Positions 1 to 8,388 of a stretch of DNA of 64,000 bases are shown here, one piece after another (the first letter of the stretch is position 1; the number at the start of each line of letters is the position of its first letter). Below the pieces are notes generated by a model. The model was not told the DNA's origin, made no database searches, and saw nothing but the letters and a program-made list of their open reading frames with translations. The position numbers and the translations under genes were made by a program. This DNA is from Psilocybe cubensis (lineage: Eukaryota), in the NCBI GenBank assembly GCA_017499595.2, contig CM039001.1:1-64000 (forward strand), given 5' to 3'.

Positions 1-217
1 AAACCCTAAACCCTAAACCCTAAACCCTAAACCCTAAACCCTAAACCCTAAACCCTAAACCCTAAACCCTAAACCCTAAACCCTAAACCCTAAACCCTAA
101 ACCCTAAACCCTAAACCCTAAACCCTAAACCCTAAACCCTAAACCCTAAACCCTAAACCCTAAACCCCTAAACCCTAAAACCTAAACCCTAAACCCTAAA
201 CCCTAAACCCTAAACCC
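1..217. repeat. Terminal telomeric tract (CCCTAAA)n, i.e. TTTAGGG on the G strand
   Basis: About 30 tandem AAACCCT units from base 1. Variant units AAACCCCT (~162-169) and AAAACCT (~177-183). Confidence 0.98.
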
Positions 218-531
218 AGGTAAGCTATTTATACTCTTGACATGAGAATATTCCCATGTCACGGTTACTCGGAGCCACGTAACCAGAGTATTTTATATCC
301 ATGTGATTCACATCACAGTCAATAACCCACGATGTCAAAGAACAAAAGTGTTGGATCCACTTTTGACAGGTTACCATGTGCCACATCGACCCGTGACACT
401 CTGTTCATCAGAGACCTGTCTAACTTGACAATAAACATTGACAGATTTGTGATAGTCGGTAAGATACATGACAGCTGCGCAGCATCACTTCACGCGCTGT
501 CATCGGATGTCTAGAACATTCCTTCTAAGAA

Positions 532-1527
532 TAGCCACTGAAGAGTCTATAAAGACGAAAGGGCTGGTTGTTGGGATCCCCCAACAGCCCTCAAGTACTC
601 GTCCTCTCCCAAACTCCTGCCGCTTGTGCCTTCCCAACTCATCCGGGAGCCCTTTCGTCACTGATCTTGCCCTTGACTCGGGGACGTTTCATCGACATGT
701 TGGCTGCCTCACGGCAAGCGGGGCCCTTTTTCTTTCACTCGCTCACGCCTTCTATGTTGGGTTACGGAGGTCATACAAACTCGTTTTAGTCTAGCTGCGG
801 GGATATCCAGCTATGATGACTTTGTAATTCGAGGGCGCGCAGTTCTTCAATGGGTATGGACATCAGGTGAGAGTACACTGGGGGTTGTCAGGACCAGCTC
901 TGCTGGATACGCTCCTGGCAAGTCGGTTGCAGCCGGCGACACTACCGAATTGCTGGGACGTCCTAAAGCTTGTGGGTACCGCCGACCGCTGGAAACAGCC
1001 TAGGCACCGGTGGCGACCGGGTATGGTAACAATCCCCAAGATTCAGCGAAAGCTGGAATGGATAATCAGCAGCGAATCCGTAACGGTCACGCCGACGGAA
1101 GCGTTCAACGACTAGGTGGTAGTGGGGTCTTCGGATCTTAAGATATAGTCTTGGGAGTGGGGAAACCCACATCTGGTATCTAAACCGCGCCTCGCTGCTT
1201 ACGAGGACGGCCCGAAGTCCAGAACCGCTTAAAACGCGGGTGACCCGGCCTCCCCTTAGTAAAGGGAGTTAACACAAGGATGGACAAATAGTTCGTCGCC
1301 GGAAATGAACCTGTGGCTGTAATGGCTGATGTGGCGCCCCTTGGTAAAGGGCTTAAAGGGTATTAGCCTGCCATGTCCAATGGCATGAGAGTGTCCCTTG
1401 GTAAAGGACTTAATAGGCAATAGCCTGCTCTTTTGTCATGAGCGGTATGTAGTGATCGTTTGCCTGTACGGTAGCGCCCATTGCTTGCACTGGTCCACGC
1501 CCGTAAAAAATCACGAGCCGCTGGCTA
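532..1527 (+). ncRNA. Type I hammerhead ribozyme interrupted by a group I intron (copy 1)
   Basis: TAGCCA-CTGAAGA-GTCT(ATAA)AGAC-GAAA-GGGCTG...CAGCCC-T | 929-nt insert | C-TGGCTA. Removing 592-1520 restores the intact sequence seen at 5878-5944. Confidence 0.92.
592..1520 (+). ncRNA. Group I self-splicing intron, IC1-like, 929 nt (copy 1)
   Basis: Follows U591 and ends in G1520. Core elements: P AATTGCTGGGA 948-958, Q AATCAGCAGC 1064-1073, R GTTCAACGACTA 1103-1114, S AAGATATAGTC 1140-1150. P3 CACTACC/GGTAGTG, P7 GACTA/TAGTC, P8 with UUCG loop, P9 GTGGG-GAAA-CCCAC. IGS GGGGTTGT 881-888 pairs with exon ACAGCCCT, giving a U.G pair at the splice site. Confidence 0.93.
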
Positions 1528-1631
1528 CTTTCCATTTAACTCCCAGTTTAAACTAGTCGCTCGCACCTCGCTTCGCTCGGTGCTCGCTCCCCCCCTAAAC
1601 CCAACGACTTTGCTATTATCCATCAGCCACT

Positions 1632-4600
1632 ATGTCATCTCAATACTCTGCTGCTTTCTCTCGTGCCATGTCCCCCACCCTGGACGCACTCACCCAGGCC
1701 GTCGTCAACAACACCGTTTTCGGCGTCAACGATGAAGCAGGCCGCCATAACGCTCTGATCGACGAGCTGGCCACTGTGGTCATCAAAAAAATAGCTGAGT
1801 GCCGCTCCGTTGACCAAGTCATAGACTGCGTCTTTTTTGACTATCGTGCTGCCCTTAGGGAGTTTCTCCTCAACCTCGCATCGTGGTGCGATAAGAGGGA
1901 AACAGTCAAGGCTAGCCTCGAGCGCCTTGAATCTGCCGTTAGCGCAGGCAACACGCCCAATCGCCTTAAGGTGAAGGCACCCGAGTTCCAACTTACGAAG
2001 GAATTCGCGGATGCCGGGTCAGCGGAGGCTCTTCGAGTCTCCACTACGTTCTCTACCGCTCGTGACGCCTTCCAAAAGGCAATTAACGACGGCGCCATTC
2101 AGGCGAAAAAGGACGAGCTGACTTTTTGGGATGATAAATGCGCACTCAACTCTTGCTACGAAGCTGCTGCCCTCATCGTTAAGGCAACTTACGATGATCG
2201 CAAATCCAGCTACAAGCTCCCTGTTTTCTCTACAGATAACAAGGGAGTTCGACGTATAGCAGAGTGGGTAGTGTCTCCGCAAAAGAAAGCCGAATGCAGT
2301 GCGCTGCAAACCATACTGCCGGCGATCTTTTCTCACATCAAACAAATTGTCAACATGCGCCACCGCGCTTTGGCAATTAAGATTGAGAAAAAGCGGACGA
2401 CTGCGGCAACAGCCGATGTCGAGATGGCCGACGCGACCAAACCAGGTCCGTCGATTCAATCCCTTATTGATAAGGGCTTGAATGCACGTCTCAAGAAGCT
2501 CAACCTTGGATCTGTGGGCAAGAAGGCAAGTTTTCGTAACCCTTCACCCATAATTCTGGATACTAATTACTACTCTAATTACCCAGACTTTGTCTGGCCA
2601 GAATTCGTCCAAGGCTCCTCAACCTCAGGCCAAGAAAGCTGGCCCTTCGAAACCCAAGTCGTCGTCGACGCCTTCGCAACGCAAGCCTCAAACCAAGGCT
2701 TCCAACAAGGTCGACAACAAGAAGAAAGGGAAGGGGAGAGCTCCCGTCAAGAACGATCCAAAGGGAAAGGGAAAGGCAAGAGCCTAGATGCGCGGTCTAA
2801 TGTAGTACCTTTTACGTCGGTGAGACCCGCCTTCCCCAACTCTATTCCTGACGATATACTCACCATGACTAAAACAGACGCAGTTTCTTTCGTACACTTA
2901 CATACTCCAATATCATTCTTGTTGGCTGGCCAGTATCGTAGTAGTGTACATTGTAGTCCTGGTGTTTCTGTCCCTGTTGATGTAGCAAACGATCTCTCTC
3001 TCGGACTTAATTATATGTTTTTCACTCTGCCTTCTAAAAGTCTGATCATGCAAGCATGGAATGATTTCCAACGAAGAATAAGATGGCGTATCTATTTTTT
3101 GTTTAAGGAAGGCATGAATAAACCTTTTGATCCAGATTATGGAGTAAGCTCAAAAAAGAAAGAGAAACCTCCTGTATTACCGCAATATATGGAACTTGGC
3201 CTTTCGATGGGACGTCGGTACGTGCAACGCACGATCGCAAGTATCCCGGAAGAAGCCCTTACGGAGATGCGAAAGCACGCGTTCTCTCCTAAAAGGGACA
3301 AGATCCGTAAGTTTCTTATCGATAACAACTATGTTATTACGATGACAGATAAGAATCTTGGCCTCGCGGTGTCTGAACGCGACTGGATATTAAGGAATGA
3401 GCTCAATCTTCTTGAAGATGAACGTAATTACGAAGAGTTAGAATTCGAAGTTGCGCAAGAAGTTATGAAGAGCAAAATGATTCAGATGCAAACGCTCGCA
3501 CGTACTGTCGAAGATGAACATCTGTTTCTATTTGAACTTGGGTTGTCTCGATTCTTTCTATCGAATGTACCGGAAGACGGATCATCGTTCAAGTATCCTC
3601 AATTTCATGGTATACCTAAAATCCACAAGAAACCTACTGGATTTAGGCCCATAATTCCGTGTCACTCTGTAGTATTTAATCCTGCAGCCAAGTTTGTATC
3701 AAAAGAGCTTAAGCCGATTATTAAATCGACTCCTTCAATCATACACGGAACGAAGGATCTCTTTACGAGATTAAGCCAATTGCGTATAGACTCCAAAAGA
3801 CAATGGTATTTTGTCACTGGAGATGTAGTTGCTTTCTATCCCAATATTCCGTTGGACTTGTGCATCGAAATCGTTTGTAGTATGTACGAGGAATGGTTAC
3901 TCAACGCTTCGGAAGAAAACACTGCATTAGCCCATATTAATCCAAATTCGTTAGAGAATAACTTGGTTAAATTGGGCATCTTTAAACGTGCTATCGAGAT
4001 TGGCAATACGCAATTGATAACACAACATGGGTCTAGATATTTTAGACAAAAAAATGGCCTCGCAATGGGCGTCGCGGATTCTCCGGACCTTGCTAACCTC
4101 TTTGGAGCCCATTTTGAAATAAAGTCAAAAATCTTAGACCACCCAAACGTGGCCTTCTATGGAAGGTACATCGACGATTGTTTCGCAATTGTTTACGCCG
4201 AGTCCGAAGCACTTGCACTTAATCTTATTAAAGAAACAATAAAGTTCGATGGTTGTGTTATCGAATGGGCTGTTTCCTCGTCGGGATGTCAATTTCTCGA
4301 TGCTTTCATATTCAAGGAGTCTGGAAAACTTCATTGGAAGCCTTTTGTCAAGACAGGAAACAACCGAGAACGAGTTCCATGGGTATCACATCATCCTTTG
4401 GACGTCAAACGTGGCGTCTACATTGGAGAGTTATCCAGGTTAGCCGTGCTATGTAGTACCAAGGAAATCTACATCGGAGCAATTAGAGACCTTAACGCTC
4501 TCTATTTGATGCGCGGTTATCCCGAAAACCTAGTCATATCTTGGTGTAAGAAGAATATACAAGAACGTTGGGAAAAGCGATTCGCTTTACGAGTCGCAGA

Positions 4601-5162
4601 GCACGACGAATCCATTCTTGTACTTAAAACCAGATTTGATCAGGTATGGAATTGGTTTTCAGCTGCTGAACTTGGAAAAACTGTTACCGAGTACTGGTCG
4701 GCATGGTATGAACATGCCGAGAAAGGTTTGTATAGTGCAGACTCGTCCAGACCCCTTATCAAACCAGATCCAAATTACGTTCACGACCTCGATGATGTTC
4801 GCCCGGAGCTGTTCACACAGATCCTCGTGGACGGAGAAACTGAGTTCGTACCGGATTTGAGGAAGATAGGACTACTCGGAAGTCGTTGGATAGTATCGCG
4901 AAAACGCAATACTAATCTTTTCGACCTTGCAAATGTGTGGAAGAAAACAGTCTTTCGTAAACTGGATGAAGACATCGCTGAAAAAGGTGGTGTTGTTCCC
5001 GAAACTCAAAACGTTAATGAAACTTATCATTCTGCTTTAGTTGAAGCTACTGAGCAGATAAGTATCGAAAGTGATAACGAGATAATACTTCATAGACGTT
5101 CAATCTCACAAGAGAGGGAACATCCAGAATTTGGCAGAATATCCAAATCTTACAACCGATGA
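1632..5162 (+). CDS. PLE (Coprina-like) ORF1-reverse transcriptase, 1176 aa
   Basis: Motifs FHGIPKIHK..FRPII, VTGDVVAFYPNI, QKNGLAMG, YGRYIDDCF, FLD and thumb-like SHHP..KRG. No C-terminal GIY-YIG. Confidence 0.95.
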   Translation: MSSQYSAAFSRAMSPTLDALTQAVVNNTVFGVNDEAGRHNALIDELATVVIKKIAECRSVDQVIDCVFFDYRAALREFLLNLASWCDKRETVKASLERLESAVSAGNTPNRLKVKAPEFQLTKEFADAGSAEALRVSTTFSTARDAFQKAINDGAIQAKKDELTFWDDKCALNSCYEAAALIVKATYDDRKSSYKLPVFSTDNKGVRRIAEWVVSPQKKAECSALQTILPAIFSHIKQIVNMRHRALAIKIEKKRTTAATADVEMADATKPGPSIQSLIDKGLNARLKKLNLGSVGKKASFRNPSPIILDTNYYSNYPDFVWPEFVQGSSTSGQESWPFETQVVVDAFATQASNQGFQQGRQQEEREGESSRQERSKGKGKGKSLDARSNVVPFTSVRPAFPNSIPDDILTMTKTDAVSFVHLHTPISFLLAGQYRSSVHCSPGVSVPVDVANDLSLGLNYMFFTLPSKSLIMQAWNDFQRRIRWRIYFLFKEGMNKPFDPDYGVSSKKKEKPPVLPQYMELGLSMGRRYVQRTIASIPEEALTEMRKHAFSPKRDKIRKFLIDNNYVITMTDKNLGLAVSERDWILRNELNLLEDERNYEELEFEVAQEVMKSKMIQMQTLARTVEDEHLFLFELGLSRFFLSNVPEDGSSFKYPQFHGIPKIHKKPTGFRPIIPCHSVVFNPAAKFVSKELKPIIKSTPSIIHGTKDLFTRLSQLRIDSKRQWYFVTGDVVAFYPNIPLDLCIEIVCSMYEEWLLNASEENTALAHINPNSLENNLVKLGIFKRAIEIGNTQLITQHGSRYFRQKNGLAMGVADSPDLANLFGAHFEIKSKILDHPNVAFYGRYIDDCFAIVYAESEALALNLIKETIKFDGCVIEWAVSSSGCQFLDAFIFKESGKLHWKPFVKTGNNRERVPWVSHHPLDVKRGVYIGELSRLAVLCSTKEIYIGAIRDLNALYLMRGYPENLVISWCKKNIQERWEKRFALRVAEHDESILVLKTRFDQVWNWFSAAELGKTVTEYWSAWYEHAEKGLYSADSSRPLIKPDPNYVHDLDDVRPELFTQILVDGETEFVPDLRKIGLLGSRWIVSRKRNTNLFDLANVWKKTVFRKLDEDIAEKGGVVPETQNVNETYHSALVEATEQISIESDNEIILHRRSISQEREHPEFGRISKSYNR
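2526..2586 (+). other. Putative 61-nt GC-AG spliceosomal intron in the retroelement ORF (present in all full-length copies)
   Basis: AAG|GCAAGT donor, CTAAT branch-like motifs, CCCAG| acceptor. Splicing joins codon 298 in frame to the Lys-rich 2590-2787 ORF. Confidence 0.72.
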
Positions 5163-6012
5163 AAAGAATACTAGCGCTTAAGGCGTAAAGCATTAGAAAA
5201 AAACCCTAACCGTAAGTATTCCTTGCTATAAAGTAACAAACATCTACTTACAAGCAACACATTGGATTGAATAGCTAAACCTAAACCTAAACCCTAAACC
5301 CTAAACCCTAAACCCTAACCTAACCCCAACCCTAAGCTAACTAAGTCTAACCTTAGTAGGAAGTAAGGTAGGCGTGTGAACTTCCGAACGGCATGTGATT
5401 GTGAAGGGCCGGATCTAATTTAGTACATGGGAAAAGTTACTTAGTACTTCGGGAAAAGTTCCTTAGTACCGTGGAAACATTTTTGATGGACCGGATCATG
5501 AACTGTCCAATTAAGATTCACAACAATCAATCATTCTATTGTTTGATTGTTAGGTAAGGACCCAGGTAAGTTATTTATACTCTAGACATGTGAATATTCC
5601 CATGTCGCGGTTACTCGGAGCCACGTAACCAGAGTAATCTATATCCATGTGATTCACATCACAGTCAATAACCCACGATGTCAAAGAACAAAAGTGTTGG
5701 ATCCACTTTTGACAGGTTACCATGTGCCACATCGACCCGTGACACTCTGTTCATCAGAGACCTGTCTAACTTGACGATAAACATTGACAGATTTGTGATA
5801 GTCGGTAAGATACATGACAGCTGCGCAGCATCACTTCACGCGCTGTCATCGGATGTCTAGAACATTCCTTCTAAGAATAGCCACTGAAGAGTCTATAAAG
5901 ACGAAAGGGCTGGTTGTTGGGATCCCCCAACAGCCCTCTGGCTACTTTCCATTTAACTCCCAGTTTAAACTAGTCGCTCGCACCTCGCTTCGCTCGGTGC
6001 TCGCTCCCCCCC
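5163..6012 (+). repeat. 3' UTR / pseudo-LTR of the element
   Basis: Same block follows every ORF. It contains an internal degenerate telomeric tract (~5275-5352), hairpins and a hammerhead, and ends in CGCTCCCCCCCTAAACCC. Confidence 0.9.
5878..5944 (+). ncRNA. Intact type I hammerhead ribozyme
   Basis: Stem I TAGCCA/TGGCTA, core CTGAAGA and GAAA, stem II GTCT/AGAC, stem III GGGCTG/CAGCCC, cleavage triplet CUC. Confidence 0.93.
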
Positions 6013-6075
6013 TAAACCCTAAACCCTAAACCCTAAACCCTAAACCCTAAACCCTAAACCCTAAACCCTAAACCC
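6010..6075. repeat. Interstitial telomeric tract between elements
   Basis: About 9 perfect CCCTAAA units. Confidence 0.95.
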
Positions 6076-7958
6076 GTCAAAAATCTTAGACCACCCAAAC
6101 GTGGCCTTCTATGGAAGGTACATCGACGATTGTTTCGCAATTGTTTACGCCGAGTCCGAAGCACTTGCACTTAATCTTATTAAAGAAACAATAAAGTTCG
6201 ATGGTTGTGTTATCGAATGGGCTGTTTCCTCGTCGGGATGTCAATTTCTCGATGCTTTCATATTCAAGGAGTCTGGAAAACTTCATTGGAAGCCATTTGT
6301 CAAGACAGGAAACAACCGAGAACGAGTTCCATGGGTATCACATCATCCTTTGGACGTCAAACGTGGCGTCTACATTGGAGAGTTATCCAGGTTAGCCGTG
6401 CTATGTAGTACCAAGGAAATCTACATCGGAGCAATTAGAGACCTTAACGCTCTCTATTTGATGCGCGGTTATCCCGAAAACCTAGTCATGTCTTGGTGTA
6501 AGAAGAATATACAAGAACGTTGGGAAAAGCGATTCGCTTTACGAGTCGCAGAGCACGACGAATCCATTCTTGTACTTAAAACCAGATTTGATCAGGTATG
6601 GAATTGGTTTTCAGCTGCTGAACTTGGAAAAACTGTTACCGAGTACTGGTCGGCATGGTATGAACATGCCGAGAAAGGTTTGTATAGTGCAGACTCGTCC
6701 AGACCCCTTATCAAACCAGATCCAAATTACGTTCACGACCTCGATGATGTTCGCCCGGAGCTGTTCACACAGATCCTCGTGGACGGAGAAACTGAGTTCG
6801 TACCGGATTTGAGGAAGATAGGACTACTCGGAAGTCGTTGGATAGTATCGCGAAAACGCAATACTAATCTTTTCGACCTTGCAAATGTGTGGAAGAAAAC
6901 AGTCTTTCGTAAACTGGATGAAGACATCGCTGAAAAAGGTGGTGTTGTTCCCGAAACTCAAAACGTTAATGAAACTTATCATTCTGCTTTAGTTGAAGCT
7001 GCTGAACAGATAAGTATCGAAAGTGATAACGAGATAATACTTCATAGACGTTCAATCTCACAAGAGAGGGAACATCCAGAATTCGGCAGAATATCCAAAT
7101 CTTACAACCGATGAAAAGAATACTAGCGCGTAAGGCGTAAAGCATTAGAAAAAAACCCTAACCGTAAGTATTCCTTGCTACAAAGTAACAAACATCTACT
7201 TACAAGCAACACATTGGATTAAATAGCTAAACCTAAACCTAAACCCTAAACCCTAAACCCTAAGCCCTAACCTAACCCCAACCCTAAGCTAACTAAGTCT
7301 AACCTTAGTAGGAAGTAAGGTAGGCGTGTGAACTTCCGAAAGGCATGTGATTGTGAAGGGCCGGATCTAATTTAGTACATGGGAAAAGTTACTTAGTACC
7401 TCGGGAAAAGTTCCTTAGTACCGTGGAAACATTTTTGATGGACCGGATCATGAACTGTCCAATTAAGATTCACAACAATCAATCAATTGATTGTTAGGTA
7501 AGGACCCAGGTAAGCTATTTATACTCTTGACATGAGAATATTCCCATGTCACGGTTACTCGGAGCCACGTAACCAGAGTATTTTATATCCATGTGATTCA
7601 CATCACAGTCAATAACCCACGATGTCAAAGAACAAAAGTGTTGGATCCACTTTTGACAGGTTACCATGTGCCACATCGACCCGTGACACTCTGTTCATCA
7701 GAGATCTGTCTAACTTGACAATAAACATTGACAGATTTGTGATAGTCGGTAAGATACATGACAGCTGCGCAGCATCACTTCACGCGCTGTCATCGGATGT
7801 TCCAGAACATTCCTTCTAAGAATAGCCACTGAAGAGTCTATAAAGACGAAAGGGCTGGCTGCTGATAACAATCAACAGCCCTCTGGCCTTCTTTCCATTT
7901 AACTCACAGTTTAAACAAGTCGCTCGCACCTCGCTTCGCTCGGTGCTCGCTCCCCCCC
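6076..7958 (+). mobile_element. 5'-truncated PLE copy (RT C-terminal part 6076-7114 plus pLTR)
   Basis: Starts abruptly at GTCAAAAATC, just upstream of the YIDD motif, directly after telomeric repeats. Confidence 0.93.
7823..7887 (+). ncRNA. Intact hammerhead, stem III loop variant
   Basis: Same core. Stem III distal part reads GCTGCTGATAACAATCAA. Confidence 0.9.
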
Positions 7959-8014
7959 TAAACCCTAAACCCTAAAACCTAAACCCTAAACCCTAAACCC
8001 TAAACCCTAAACCC
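7956..8014. repeat. Interstitial telomeric tract
   Basis: CCCTAAA units including the AAAACCT variant also seen in the terminal tract. Confidence 0.95.
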
Positions 8015-8388
8015 AGGTAAGCTATTTATACTCTTGACATGAGAATATTCCCATGTCACGGTTACTCGGAGCCACGTAACCAGAGTATTTTATATCCATG
8101 TGATTCACATCACAGTCAATAACCCACGATGTCAAAGAACAAAAGTGTTGGATCCACTTTTGACAGGTTACCATGTGCCACATCGACCCGTGACACTCTG
8201 TTCATCAGAGACCTGTCTAACTTGACAATAAACATTGACAGATTTGTGATAGTCGGTAAGATACATGACAGCTGCGCAGCATCACTTCACGCGCTGTCAT
8301 CGGATGTCTAGAACATTCCTTCTAAGAATAGCCACTGAAGAGTCTATAAAGACGAAAGGGCTGGTTGTTGGGATCCCCCAACAGCCCT

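Noticed and set aside
332-514. Repeated 60-65 aa ORF MSKNKSVG... in every pLTR
   Set aside because: It recurs only because the pLTR is repeated. A 1-nt indel changes its end in some copies, no domain is recognisable, and the region is better explained as structured RNA.
468-1172. Short ORFs inside the 929-nt insert as a homing endonuclease or cargo gene
   Set aside because: No nuclease motifs are recognisable, and they overlap the conserved ribozyme core.
593-1521. Insert as a DNA transposon or spliceosomal intron (alternative register CTC|AAG...CGC|TGG)
   Set aside because: No TIRs, no real target-site duplication and no GT-AG ends. The U|...G| register fits the IGS pairing and group I rules.
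1632-5162. ORF as telomerase (TERT) or a LINE/LTR pol
   Set aside because: It is multicopy and tandem, has PLE-type motifs, and lacks recognisable telomerase T-motif, APE, RNase H or integrase domains.
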